From Rhizobiaceae bacterium (GTDB lineage: Bacteria; Pseudomonadota; Alphaproteobacteria; Rhizobiales; Rhizobiaceae): a DNA stretch of 64,000 nt. The notes below the pieces were generated by a model, which made no database searches, had not been told where the DNA came from, and saw only the letters and a list, made by a program, of their open reading frames with translations. Below, one piece after another: positions 8,129 through 17,678 of this stretch. The stretch covers positions 1,313 through 65,312 of the forward strand of contig JBGSHY010000059.1 of assembly GCA_041751995.1 (NCBI GenBank), written 5' to 3'. Within the stretch, counting starts at the first letter, position 1. Each line of letters begins with the position of its first letter. Both the position numbers and the translations under genes were made by a program.

Positions 8129-8614
8129 TCATCCTGAGTCGGATTCGACTGTTATGAATTGCCCGCCGTCCGGCGAGCTGAAATCCGGCCAAGCCTTGGC
8201 TTCAAATTGCGCCCAGGAAAATCGTTTGCTGATGCGGCCAGGGGCTTCACCCTGGCCAGCGCTGTTTGCCGGCCAGACATCCCATTCTTCGTAAGTCCGC
8301 TCGATATAGAAGGTGATTTCGTCATGAGTGGCAGACACAGTTGCCTTGATCCAGCCGGTTAGGTCGGGGCTGACTTGAAATCGGGCCCGTTTCTGCCCGT
8401 CGTCAGACACAAATTCGGCTTCGAGGAATTGTCCGGATGTCTCGAATCGACTGCAGCCGAATTGCAAGTTGCCAAGTTTCCAATTTTTAGTCGCCACCAA
8501 TTCGAGTTCCAGGCCATTGACGAAAATATGAAACGCCACTTCAGGCGGCAGGGAAGCGTCCCCGCCTATCATCGGATCGGAAAAGAAAGGCTTTCTGGCT
8601 GGCGGATTGTTCAT
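8129..8614 (-). CDS. Hypothetical protein (161 aa, acidic, soluble)
   Basis: This is the 3' part of the long minus ORF 8129-9904, taken from the Met at 8614 (MNNPPARKP...). That is the only portion not antisense to the adenine deaminase gene. No recognisable motifs. Confidence 0.45.
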   Translation of the reverse strand: MNNPPARKPFFSDPMIGGDASLPPEVAFHIFVNGLELELVATKNWKLGNLQFGCSRFETSGQFLEAEFVSDDGQKRARFQVSPDLTGWIKATVSATHDEITFYIERTYEEWDVWPANSAGQGEAPGRISKRFSWAQFEAKAWPDFSSPDGGQFITVESDSG

Positions 8615-8686
8615 TGCGCGTTTTTCAAAAGGGCTGGCAAAGCGGCCTGACAGTTGGCAGATTGCGGACTTCAAGGAGACTGCCGC

Positions 8687-10504
8687 ATGTCCATATCTGA
8701 GTCCACACCGTTCAAGCCGCTCAAATCCTGGACCGAAGTCGCCCCGCTGCTGGTTGATGTGGCGATGGGACGAAAGCCTGCCGATCTTGTGGTGCGCAAC
8801 GGGCGCTGGGTGAATGTGCATTCCGGAGAGATTATTCCCGGTACGGATCTGGCGATTGCCGAGGGCCGGTTTGCATGGTGCGGTCCTGATGCCGGCCATT
8901 GCATCGGGCCGGATACAATCATCGTGGATGCGCAGGACCACTATCTGGTTCCGGGCCTGTGCGACGGTCACATGCATGTCGAAAGCGGCATGGTGACTGT
9001 CACGGAATTCTGCCGCGCGGTCATTCCGCATGGCACGACTTCGATGTTCATCGACCCGCATGAAATCGCCAATGTGCTGGGGCTTGACGGCGTCCGGCTG
9101 ATGCATGACGAGGCGATGGCCATGCCGACCAATGTGTTTGTGCAACTTCCATCCTGCGTGCCGTCGTTCCCGGGGATTGAACATGCCGGCGCTGCGTTCA
9201 AAGCGGAGGACTTTGAGGAGGCCATGGGCTGGCCCAACATCATCGGCCTTGGCGAGGTCATGAATTTCCCCGGCGTTGTCGCCAACGATCCGATCATGGT
9301 AGCCGCCGTCGCGGCGACCACAAAAGCAGGCAAAACCGTCGGCGGCCATTATGCCTCGCCGGACCTTGGCCGCCCGTTCCATGCCTATGCGGCTGCAGGC
9401 CCTGAGGACGACCATGAAGGCACCCGCGCAGAGGATGCGATCGCCCGCGTGCGCCAAGGCATGAAGGCGATGTTGCGGCTTGGCAGCGCCTGGTATGATG
9501 TCGCCACCCAGATCAAGGCGGTGACCGAAAGCGGGCTTGATCCACGGCATTTCATCCTGTGCACCGATGACAGCCATTCCGGCACGCTGATCGAAGAGGG
9601 GCATATGGACCGCGTTGTCCGCCACGCCATCCAGCAGGGGCTGAAACCGGTGACCGCCATCCAGATGGCGACGCTCAACACAGCCGAGCATTTCAAGGTG
9701 GAGCGCGATCTGGGGTCGATTTCGCCGGGCAGGCGGGCGGACTTCCTGATCGTGTCCGATCTCGCCGAAATGGCGATTGAAGAAATCTATGCGAGGGGAG
9801 TCCATCTGGCCTCGAAGGGCAAGCTTGTCCGCGACATTCCGGCTTATGACTATCCGGAAAAGGCAAAGAATACCGTCAACATGAAGCGCGATCTTGGCGC
9901 GCAAGACTTTGACATTGTTGCGCCATCCGGCGCGAATTCCGTCCGTGTGCGGGTCATCGGCGTGGTTGAGAACCAGGCGCCGACCAAGGCGCTGGAGGCA
10001 GAACTGCCGATCCTCGACGGGCTGGTCGGCATGGATGTCGCCAACGATGTCTGCCAGATCTCACTGGTCGAGCGTCACCGCGCCACCGGCAATGTCACCA
10101 ACGCGTTCGTCTCAGGCTTCGGCTACAGGCTCCCTTGCGCCATGGCCTCGACCGTCGCGCATGACTGCCATCACATGATCGTCGTCGGCACCAACAAGGC
10201 CGACATGGCGCAGGCGGCAAACCGGCTGCGCGAGATCGGCGGCGGGGTGGTGCTGATTTCGCGAGGCAAGGAGCTAGCGCTGGTCGAGATGCCGATTGCA
10301 GGTTTGATGTCACAGGAACGCGCCGAAATCGTCGCCGCCAAGGCTGCAAAGCTGACGGACGCAATGCGTACCGTCGGCTGCGACCTCAACAACGCCTACA
10401 TGCAGCACTCGCTGCTGGCATTGGTGGTGATACCGGAACTGCGCATTTCGGACATCGGGCTGGTCGATGTGCGGACTTTCGAGAAGGTGGAGCTGTTTGT
10501 GTGA
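8687..10504 (+). CDS. ade: Adenine deaminase
   Basis: About 600 aa amidohydrolase with PGLCDGHMHVESGM and FIDPHEIANV motifs typical of Ade. Start chosen at ATG 8687, with AAGGAG 9 nt upstream; the ORF opens at 8654. Confidence 0.85.
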   Translation: MSISESTPFKPLKSWTEVAPLLVDVAMGRKPADLVVRNGRWVNVHSGEIIPGTDLAIAEGRFAWCGPDAGHCIGPDTIIVDAQDHYLVPGLCDGHMHVESGMVTVTEFCRAVIPHGTTSMFIDPHEIANVLGLDGVRLMHDEAMAMPTNVFVQLPSCVPSFPGIEHAGAAFKAEDFEEAMGWPNIIGLGEVMNFPGVVANDPIMVAAVAATTKAGKTVGGHYASPDLGRPFHAYAAAGPEDDHEGTRAEDAIARVRQGMKAMLRLGSAWYDVATQIKAVTESGLDPRHFILCTDDSHSGTLIEEGHMDRVVRHAIQQGLKPVTAIQMATLNTAEHFKVERDLGSISPGRRADFLIVSDLAEMAIEEIYARGVHLASKGKLVRDIPAYDYPEKAKNTVNMKRDLGAQDFDIVAPSGANSVRVRVIGVVENQAPTKALEAELPILDGLVGMDVANDVCQISLVERHRATGNVTNAFVSGFGYRLPCAMASTVAHDCHHMIVVGTNKADMAQAANRLREIGGGVVLISRGKELALVEMPIAGLMSQERAEIVAAKAAKLTDAMRTVGCDLNNAYMQHSLLALVVIPELRISDIGLVDVRTFEKVELFV

Positions 10505-10551
10505 GGCGTGAGATTGCATCCGATACTTCAAGGCCTCGGCTGACCGTAACT

Positions 10552-10980
10552 TTAGAGGATCACCAAATTCTCCGGTTTGCATCCCTTGACGGCGGCAGAG
10601 CGGATTTTGCGGTCAAATGTCACCAGCCTTCCGCCATTGCTGACCGCAGTCGCAAGAAGCGATATGTCCGTGATCTGGCCGTGATTGCCCACGTGCGTGA
10701 TATCAAAAACTGCGTTGTCGGTCAGTGAAATGGTGTTTGGCCAGAATTGGTGATCCGCCGATTGTTTCGCAAGCATCAGCAGGTGCACTGCAGTCGCAGG
10801 GGATTGCGGCAGCGGATAACGCGGATTGCTCAGAATGCGAACGAAACCGTTCTCCGTGATCGAACACGTCGCCCAGCCATGCTCACCATTATCAAGCAGC
10901 CATTCGTGCGCAGACTCGTGGTGAACGTGGTCCGGTTGAAACAAGGCTATGAGCGCGTTGACATCAAAAAGCGCCCGCAT
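10552..10980 (-). CDS. vapC: Type II toxin VapC (PIN domain ribonuclease)
   Basis: 142 aa. N-terminal LFDVNALIAL carries the conserved Asp. Lies 3 nt downstream of the VapB-like gene. Confidence 0.8.
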   Translation of the reverse strand: MRALFDVNALIALFQPDHVHHESAHEWLLDNGEHGWATCSITENGFVRILSNPRYPLPQSPATAVHLLMLAKQSADHQFWPNTISLTDNAVFDITHVGNHGQITDISLLATAVSNGGRLVTFDRKIRSAAVKGCKPENLVIL

Positions 10981-10983
10981 TGA

Positions 10984-11214
10984 TCAGAATTCGTCGTCGA
11001 GGAGCGACTGGATCAACTCCGGACTGACAACCTGACCGGTCGCCGGCAATTGCGGAAACCCGTTGCGCTTGCCCGCCTGATTCAGGTTGGCAGGGGCAAC
11101 CAGCGCCTTGCGGGCAAGGTCAGAAATGACCTCACCCAGCGTTTTCTTCCCGCGTGAGGCCAAATCTCTGGCTGCGAGCAATACATCTGGTGCAATATCA
11201 ATTGTGGTGCGCAT
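10984..11214 (-). CDS. vapB: Type II antitoxin VapB family
   Basis: 76 aa starting MRTTIDIAPDVLLAARDLA, the typical VapB antitoxin N-terminus. Its stop lies 3 nt before the vapC start. Confidence 0.8.
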   Translation of the reverse strand: MRTTIDIAPDVLLAARDLASRGKKTLGEVISDLARKALVAPANLNQAGKRNGFPQLPATGQVVSPELIQSLLDDEF

Positions 11215-11266
11215 GCATCAAAACATACTGCATCAGATGCCGATAATCAATTGCCCGGTCTTAACT

Positions 11267-11722
11267 TCACCAGCTCCCCGTGTTCGGCATCGAAATCCAC
11301 GGTTCGACCGGCGTCAGCGGCTCGCCTTCCTGCAGGATCTCGATCGAGATGCCATCCGGCGAACGGACGAAGGCCATGTTGCCGTCGCGCGGCGGGCGGT
11401 TGATGAGGATGCCGGCTTTCATCAGCTTTGTGCAGGTTTCGTGGATGTTGGCGACCTTGTAAGCGAGATGGCCGAAGTTGCGGCCGCCGGTGTAGGTCTC
11501 GGCATTGCCGTTTTCGTCTGGCCAATTGTAAGTCAGCTCCAGCTCAGGCGCACGCTCGGCGTCTGACTGGGCCTTGTTCCCGGGTGCGGCCAGAAAGAGC
11601 AGCGTGAAACGGCCTTTTTCGCTTTCGTGCCGGCGCACTTCAATCAGGCCGAGTTTGTTGCAGTAGAAATCCAGCGATTCGTTGATGTCGCGGATGCGGA
11701 CCATGGTGTGTAGAAAGCGCAT
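11267..11722 (-). CDS. gloA: Lactoylglutathione lyase (glyoxalase I, VOC family)
   Basis: [21 protein letters not shown]-terminus and [21 protein letters not shown] motifs. Confidence 0.85.
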   Translation of the reverse strand: MRFLHTMVRIRDINESLDFYCNKLGLIEVRRHESEKGRFTLLFLAAPGNKAQSDAERAPELELTYNWPDENGNAETYTGGRNFGHLAYKVANIHETCTKLMKAGILINRPPRDGNMAFVRSPDGISIEILQEGEPLTPVEPWISMPNTGSW

Positions 11723-11849
11723 TGGCTGGTTCCTTCTTGATCTGGAGTGAACCGAAACGGGAAATTTCCGTGTCCGGATTCAACTTTTGCGGAAACTTTG
11801 CGGAAAAGCCTTGTGCAAACAGAATGCCATCTTGCCTCATCCACATGGG

Positions 11850-11865
11850 TTAATGATAACTTAAC
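11850..11865 (+). promoter_or_regulatory. Candidate CtrA box (TTAA-N7-TTAAC)
   Basis: Exact match TTAATGATAACTTAAC in the intergenic region, 39 nt upstream of the tandem cold-shock-domain (CSD) gene start. A GAATC (CcrM) site follows at about 11874. Confidence 0.3.
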
Positions 11866-11903
11866 AACAAGAATCAGTAACGTGTAACGGAAGGTAGCGC
11901 GGG

Positions 11904-12512
11904 ATGGGGGAAAAGGCGTCATCCTTTGCCGATGAAAACCTCGGTTTTCAGGCAGGGCAGAACAGTGCTGCGACCGACGGTCTGCGCGCCGACGCCGGTG
12001 TCGTTGAGATTTCCGGCGCGATCAAGTGGTTTGATGTTTCAAAAGGTTATGGCTTCATCGTTCCCGATCAAAAAGGTCTGACCGATGTGCTGCTGCACGT
12101 GACCTGCTTGCGGCGTGACGGTTTCCAGGTTGCGCTTGAAGGTGCACGCATCCATTGCCTGACACGTCCGGGCGAACGTGGATTGCAAGCGTTCCACGTC
12201 ATCTCAATGGACAATTCCACCGCCATTCATCCCTCGACCACGCCGCAGCGCACGCATGTCACCGTGACGCCGACCAGCGGTCTGGAGCGCGCTCTGGTGA
12301 AATGGTTCAACAGGACCAAAGGGTTTGGTTTTGTGACGCGCGGCGAAGGCACCGAGGATATTTTCGTGCACATGGAGACCATGCGCCGCTATGGGCTGAC
12401 GGAGCTTCGACCCGGCCAGGTGGTGCTGGTCCGCTTCGGGCCAGGCGACAAGGGATTGATGGCGTCAGAAATCCACCCTGACATTGGCGCGCCGATTCCT
12501 GTATCGAACTGA
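11904..12512 (+). CDS. Tandem cold-shock-domain protein
   Basis: Two CSD signatures: [16 protein letters not shown] and [16 protein letters not shown]...IFVH. GGAAGG lies 9 nt upstream of the ATG. Confidence 0.85.
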   Translation: MGEKASSFADENLGFQAGQNSAATDGLRADAGVVEISGAIKWFDVSKGYGFIVPDQKGLTDVLLHVTCLRRDGFQVALEGARIHCLTRPGERGLQAFHVISMDNSTAIHPSTTPQRTHVTVTPTSGLERALVKWFNRTKGFGFVTRGEGTEDIFVHMETMRRYGLTELRPGQVVLVRFGPGDKGLMASEIHPDIGAPIPVSN

Positions 12513-12513
12513 C

Positions 12514-13017
12514 ATGATTACCCGTTCTTTCATGGCCTTCTTGAGGGCGGTCCTTTGGGCCGCCTGTTTTGCTTTTCTGGCGGCCCTTCAGGGATGCGCG
12601 AAGGCCGGCGAGCCGATGGTGCTTCCGACCGATCCGGCGCCATTGGTGATTACAACGCCCAACGGGGACGTGAACCTTGCCATCGAGATCGCCGATGATG
12701 ACAAGGAGCAACAAAGAGGGTTGATGCACCGAGAGCGGCTGCCGGACGGGCACGGCATGCTTTTTGTCCTGGAGGAAACCCGCGAGGCGTTTTTCTGGAT
12801 GAAGGACACGCCATCAGCACTTGATCTGTTGTTTGCCGATGAAAAGGGGCGTGTTGTCACCATCAAGCGCGGCGAACCGCTTTCCGAGGCGATTATCTCC
12901 GGAGAAAAGCCGGTCCGGTTTGTTCTGGAGATTGCAGCAGGCGAAGCGGCCCGGCTTGGCCTTGCGCCCGGCAATGAATTCCGGCATCCGGTTGTCGAGG
13001 CCATTTCTGACCAATAG
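12514..13017 (+). CDS. DUF192 domain protein (signal-anchored)
   Basis: Motifs RGLMHRERLPDGHGMLF and FWMKDTPSALDLLF. Start chosen at ATG 12514, right after the upstream stop; the ORF opens at 12484. Confidence 0.75.
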   Translation: MITRSFMAFLRAVLWAACFAFLAALQGCAKAGEPMVLPTDPAPLVITTPNGDVNLAIEIADDDKEQQRGLMHRERLPDGHGMLFVLEETREAFFWMKDTPSALDLLFADEKGRVVTIKRGEPLSEAIISGEKPVRFVLEIAAGEAARLGLAPGNEFRHPVVEAISDQ

Positions 13018-13034
13018 CCCGCCAGGACATTTTT

Positions 13035-13787
13035 ATGAAGCATTTCTCCCATGATGGTTTTGACCTTGCATACATGGACCGCGGACATGGCGATCCGGTG
13101 CTGCTCATTCATGGGTTTGCTTCCAATGCCCGCGTCAACTGGGAAGCACCGGGATGGATTTCGGCGCTGAATGAAGCGGGCTACCGCACCATCGCCATCG
13201 ACAATCGCGGACATGGCCACTCGTCTAAAAGCCATGATCCGAAAGATTATCATCCCGCTGCCATGGCCGGAGATGCACTGGCTCTGCTTGACCATCTCGG
13301 CCTCCCGGACGCGCATGTGATGGGCTATTCGATGGGCGCAAGGATCAGTGCGTTTCTGGCAATGGCAGCGCCGCAGCGGGTGCGTTCGCTGGTGTTCGGC
13401 GGGCTTGGTGACGGTATGGTCAAGGGTGTCGGCGACTGGGATCCGATTGCCGATGCGCTGCTTGCACCCGATCCGGCAAGCATCACCCATGCGCGCGGCG
13501 CGGCGTTCCGCAAGTTTGCAGACCAGACCAAGAGCGATCGGTTGGCGCTTGCGGCCTGCATACAGACGTCGCGAGACCTCGTGAAGCCGCAGGACTTGCG
13601 CCTTTTGAACATGCCGGTACTTGTCGCAGCGGGCAGTCTCGACGACATTTCCGGCGACCCGTTTGAACTGGCGGCGATGATGCCGGATGCAGGCGGGTTT
13701 GTGATCGTAGGCCGCGATCACATGATGGCGGTGGGCGACCGCAGCTTCAAGCGGGCTGTCTTGGCCTTCCTTGGGCGGGTGCGTTAG
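13035..13787 (+). CDS. Alpha/beta hydrolase
   Basis: HGFASN oxyanion region and nucleophile elbow GYSMGA. Confidence 0.8.
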   Translation: MKHFSHDGFDLAYMDRGHGDPVLLIHGFASNARVNWEAPGWISALNEAGYRTIAIDNRGHGHSSKSHDPKDYHPAAMAGDALALLDHLGLPDAHVMGYSMGARISAFLAMAAPQRVRSLVFGGLGDGMVKGVGDWDPIADALLAPDPASITHARGAAFRKFADQTKSDRLALAACIQTSRDLVKPQDLRLLNMPVLVAAGSLDDISGDPFELAAMMPDAGGFVIVGRDHMMAVGDRSFKRAVLAFLGRVR

Positions 13788-15601
13788 TGGCGACCAAGGC
13801 CAGCGTCTTGCATGATGTGTTCGGCTTCGGCAGTTTTCGTGCCGGTCAAGAAGCTATTGTCGACAATCTCCTGGACAATCAACATGTTCTCGCGGTCATG
13901 CCCACTGGTTCCGGAAAGTCGCTTTGCTATCAGGTTCCTGCGCTGGTCAAAACTGGTCTGGCCATCGTCGTTTCGCCGCTTGTCGCGCTGATGCAGGACC
14001 AGGTGGCGGCATTGAAGCTCGCTGGCGTGGCGGCTGAAACCATCAATTCAGCGGCGTCGCGCGAGGTCAATGTCGACATCTGGCAACGCGTCGCGGCCGG
14101 CGATGTCCGGATCCTCTATATGGCCCCCGAGCGATTGATGACCGAGCGGATGATAACGGCGCTGCAGCGGCAGACCATCAGCCTGATCGCCGTGGATGAG
14201 GCGCATTGCATATCGCAGTGGGGCGCGTCGTTCCGGCCTGAGTATGAAGCGCTGCATGATCTTCGCCGTGCGTTTCCTGGTGTTCCCATCGGCGCTTTCA
14301 CCGCGACAGCCGACGAAGCGGCGCGGCGGGACATTGTGCAACGGCTTTTTGGCGGACAGGCGGTGGTTCATGTCTCTGGTTTCGACCGTCCGAACATCAG
14401 CCTGACTGTGCAGCCGAAGGCCAACACCGGCAAACAGATGTTGGCGTTTCTGGAGGACTACAAGGGCTCCAGCGGCATCGTCTATGCGCTTTCGCGCAAG
14501 AGCTGCGAGGAGTGGGCTGACCATCTTTGCCAGAACGGTTTCCGTGCAGTTGCCTACCATGCAGGACTGTCATCGGAGCAAAGGGCGCAAACGCAGGAAA
14601 TGTTTATGGCGGAAAAGGGCGTGATCGTCTGCGCCACCATAGCCTTCGGCATGGGCATCGACAAGCCGGATGTCCGCTTTGTTTTTCACGCGGACTTGCC
14701 GTCTTCGCTTGACGCCTACTATCAGGAGATCGGCCGCGCCGGGCGCGACGGGCAGGCGGCCGCGGCGCACATGGTGTTTGGCCTCGGAGACATCCGGCTC
14801 CGCCGCAATTTCATTGACCAGAACGATGCTGACGAGACCAACAAGCGGCGTGAACACCGGCGGCTGGATGCATTGGTCAATTATTGTGAATCGCCCAGCT
14901 GCCGCCGCATGTCGCTGCTGTCTTATTTTGGTGAAGACTCTGAGCCGTGCGGCAATTGCGATGTCTGCCTCAATCCGGCTGAAACCTTGGACGGCACTGC
15001 CGATGCACTGAAAATTTTGGAAGTGGTCCGCGCAACCGGCGAGCGCTTTGGCGGCGGGCATATCATTGACGTGCTTTTGGGAAGAACCAACGAGCGCGCG
15101 ATCAGCATGGGTCATGTCAATTCACCGGTATTTGGCTCCGGCAAACACCGCAGCCGGACGGAATGGCAACCACTGGTCCGGCAAATGGCGGCGGTCGGCT
15201 TCCTGAAGCTCGACGCCGGCGGCTTTGGCGGCCTGTCGATTTCGGAAAGGGGCGAAGCGCTGCTGCGCGGGCAGGGTGAGTTCCGATATCGCAAGGACGA
15301 GGTCAAGCTCACCAAGAAAGCCAAACGCGCCGATGCCATGGCAGCCGCCAGTACGGATCCGCAGTCGGAGGCCATGCTGATCCGTCTCAAGGACCTGCGC
15401 CGCAGGCTTGCCGGTCAGCGTGGCGTGCCCGCGTATGTGATTTTCTCAGACCGTTCGCTGATTGACATGGCCGAGCGTGTTCCGACGAGCCTGGACGAAT
15501 TCGGTGAAGTGCATGGCGTCGGCGACGCCAAGCTTGAACAGTTTGGCTCCATTTTCCTGAAGGAAATTGCCGCTGCCGTTCGAGAGACAGGAGCACATTG
15601 A
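13787..15601 (+). CDS. recQ: ATP-dependent DNA helicase RecQ
   Basis: Motifs TGSGKSLCYQ and DEAHCISQWG, Zn-finger CRRMSLLSYFGE..CGNCDVC, and a C-terminal HRDC-like region. The GTG start overlaps the upstream stop by 1 nt. Confidence 0.95.
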   Translation: MATKASVLHDVFGFGSFRAGQEAIVDNLLDNQHVLAVMPTGSGKSLCYQVPALVKTGLAIVVSPLVALMQDQVAALKLAGVAAETINSAASREVNVDIWQRVAAGDVRILYMAPERLMTERMITALQRQTISLIAVDEAHCISQWGASFRPEYEALHDLRRAFPGVPIGAFTATADEAARRDIVQRLFGGQAVVHVSGFDRPNISLTVQPKANTGKQMLAFLEDYKGSSGIVYALSRKSCEEWADHLCQNGFRAVAYHAGLSSEQRAQTQEMFMAEKGVIVCATIAFGMGIDKPDVRFVFHADLPSSLDAYYQEIGRAGRDGQAAAAHMVFGLGDIRLRRNFIDQNDADETNKRREHRRLDALVNYCESPSCRRMSLLSYFGEDSEPCGNCDVCLNPAETLDGTADALKILEVVRATGERFGGGHIIDVLLGRTNERAISMGHVNSPVFGSGKHRSRTEWQPLVRQMAAVGFLKLDAGGFGGLSISERGEALLRGQGEFRYRKDEVKLTKKAKRADAMAAASTDPQSEAMLIRLKDLRRRLAGQRGVPAYVIFSDRSLIDMAERVPTSLDEFGEVHGVGDAKLEQFGSIFLKEIAAAVRETGAH

Positions 15602-15673
15602 CCAATATCACGCTTGGCATTTCCGTTTTAACGAAGTTGCACTATATTCATCATAGTGTTGATGGAGAGAAAC

Positions 15674-16516
15674 ATGTCGAACAGCGCACATCTTGCCGAA
15701 TCGCGGCGCGCGACGGTTGACCCGGTCTGGGAAAAAGTGCGGGCTGAGGCAGAAGTCGCTGCGGCGAATGACCCTGTTCTGGCAGGGTTTCTCTATTCGA
15801 CCGTGCTCAATCACAGCACGCTTGAATCTGCTGTCATTCACCGCATAGCCGAACGGCTGGATCACCCGGATGTTCCTGCTTCTCTGGTTCGCCAGACCTT
15901 CCAGGGTATGGCGCAAGATCACCCCGAATGGTCGAAGATCCTGCGTGTCGACATGCAGGCAGTTTATGACCGCGACCCGGCCTGTGATCGGTTCCTTGAC
16001 CCGTTGCTTTATTTCAAGGGCTTCCATGCCATTCAGACGCATCGTCTGGCGCATTTTCTTTGGGAGACGGGCCGCCGCGACTTCGCGCTCTATCTGCAGA
16101 GCCGTATGTCAGCGATTTTCCAGGTCGACATCCATCCGGCTGTCAAAATGGGGCAGGGCATATTCTTTGACCATGCCACGGGTATTGTCGTCGGCATGAC
16201 AGCCGTAATCGAAGATGATGTCTCAATCCTTCAAGGCGTGACGCTTGGCGGCACTGGCAAGGAAACGGGTGACCGGCACCCAAAGATTCGCCGCGGCGTG
16301 CTGATTGGCGCTGGTGCGGAAATCCTTGGCAACATTGAGGTTGGCTGCTGCTCCAAGGTTGCTGCGGGTTCCGTGGTGCTGAAGCCTGTTCCGAACGGCG
16401 TCACGGTCGCGGGAGTGCCTGCGCGAATTGTCGGCGAGGCCGGATGTGCAGAGCCCGGCAGGGCGATGAACCAGCTTCTTGCCTTGGATGCGCTCGAAAT
16501 GGAAGACGACGGCTGA
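15674..16516 (+). CDS. cysE: Serine O-acetyltransferase
   Basis: Motif DPLLYFKGFHAIQTHRLAHFLW and hexapeptide repeats GVLIGAGAEILGNIEVG. ATG 15674 has GGAGA 5 nt upstream; the ORF opens at 15656. Confidence 0.9.
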   Translation: MSNSAHLAESRRATVDPVWEKVRAEAEVAAANDPVLAGFLYSTVLNHSTLESAVIHRIAERLDHPDVPASLVRQTFQGMAQDHPEWSKILRVDMQAVYDRDPACDRFLDPLLYFKGFHAIQTHRLAHFLWETGRRDFALYLQSRMSAIFQVDIHPAVKMGQGIFFDHATGIVVGMTAVIEDDVSILQGVTLGGTGKETGDRHPKIRRGVLIGAGAEILGNIEVGCCSKVAAGSVVLKPVPNGVTVAGVPARIVGEAGCAEPGRAMNQLLALDALEMEDDG

Positions 16517-16622
16517 AGACGCCATCGGCTTGCTCGCGGAATAATAAACGGCAGTTTAGCTTGCGGTGTCCTTGCCCGCATGGCAAAAGCCGGTCCCAAA
16601 CACATCCTTGCGGAGAATTGCC

Positions 16623-16829
16623 TTGAAGCCTGAAGAATTGAAGAAGCTCGACGCCTATTTCAAGCGCGTCTTTGTAAATCAGGCGCTGCAGGTCAAAGCC
16701 CGCCCGCGCAAGGATGATTCGGCTGAATTGTTCCTCGGTGACGAATTCCTGGGCATCATTTACCGTGACGACGAGGACGGCGACCTGTCGTACAATTTCT
16801 CGATGGCCATTCTCGACATGGATCTCTGA
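16623..16829 (+). CDS. DUF3126 family protein
   Basis: KPEELKKLDAYFKRVF...DDSAELFLGDEFLGIIYRDDEDGDLSYNFSMAIL matches the family pattern. TTG 16623 has GGAGA 6 nt upstream; the ORF opens at GTG 16566. Confidence 0.7.
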   Translation: MKPEELKKLDAYFKRVFVNQALQVKARPRKDDSAELFLGDEFLGIIYRDDEDGDLSYNFSMAILDMDL

Positions 16830-16832
16830 TTG

Positions 16833-17645
16833 TCAGGTTCGCGGTGTTGAGGCCGGAACGGTCTTCACTGCGGAGCCGGCAAATGCATCCAATTTTGCGT
16901 CCAGCGTTTTCCAGTCAGCCAAAAGGGCGGATGGAAAACGCGCCATCATCACAAGATCGTCGCCTACATGGATATCGCGGTCACACCCCGCGAGGGTTGA
17001 TGTTCCCTTTGATTCGTCGAGGCAGCGGGTGACAAAGGTCTTTTCACTCGCTTCCGGGCCTACCAACAGAAACTCGTCAACAAATCCTGCTGATTCCGGC
17101 AGCTTGAACCGGACAAGTCCGTTGGCAAGCGCGACGCCGTCGCCCAAATTCATTTTCCGGTAAATTGGCTCCAGCCGCCCAGACATGTCTCTGCTGAGCG
17201 AGCGCTGTTCAAAGGAAAGGAACATCAAATCCCTGTTTGAATCGGTGTTGTTGAACGCGGCGCGGGAGGGTTCAGTAAAACCATCCATGTTCGGCCAAAG
17301 CACATATAGGTCCAACCGGTTTGCAATGCCATCACGCCGCTGTTCGGGATAGCGGATCCGGTTCGCGGACACTGCGAGCACGTCGTTGCCGATCACAATC
17401 TCATGCAGTGTCGTGTCGTCGGTGTGCCCGCCCATTGAAAGGCGTGAGCCAATTTCGCGGCCGCCTAAACTGATAACGAGTGACAAAACTGCAAGCGTTG
17501 CAAACACCCAGAAAACCCGGTGAAAGAAACGGGATTCAACTTGGACGAAGCCTGAATCTGCCGATGCGCTCACAGTCGCCTCCAGTTGTGCCATTCCGGA
17601 ACATGCATTTCGGCACATTCGTTGCACCCAAATCAATGTCCGCAA
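16833..17645 (-). CDS. Hypothetical membrane-anchored protein
   Basis: 270-aa ORF with one N-terminal hydrophobic segment (VFWVFATLAVLSLVISLGG) and no recognisable domain. Start uncertain. Confidence 0.55.
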   Translation of the reverse strand: MRTLIWVQRMCRNACSGMAQLEATVSASADSGFVQVESRFFHRVFWVFATLAVLSLVISLGGREIGSRLSMGGHTDDTTLHEIVIGNDVLAVSANRIRYPEQRRDGIANRLDLYVLWPNMDGFTEPSRAAFNNTDSNRDLMFLSFEQRSLSRDMSGRLEPIYRKMNLGDGVALANGLVRFKLPESAGFVDEFLLVGPEASEKTFVTRCLDESKGTSTLAGCDRDIHVGDDLVMMARFPSALLADWKTLDAKLDAFAGSAVKTVPASTPRT

Positions 17646-17678
17646 TGTCGCGGCTTATGGTTAATGCTTGGTGTATAA

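Noticed and set aside
8129-9904. 591-aa ORF on the minus strand
   Set aside because: All but its last 161 codons are antisense to the well-supported adenine deaminase gene. The translated sequence is Arg/His/Gly-rich nonsense, typical of antisense frames in high-GC DNA. Only the 8129-8614 part was kept, as a low-confidence gene.
12588-13721. 377-aa minus-strand ORF
   Set aside because: Antisense to the DUF192 and alpha/beta hydrolase genes. Arg/His-rich with no motifs. High-GC antisense artefact.
15608-16054. 148-aa minus-strand ORF overlapping cysE
   Set aside because: cysE on the plus strand has unambiguous motifs. The minus-strand product has none.
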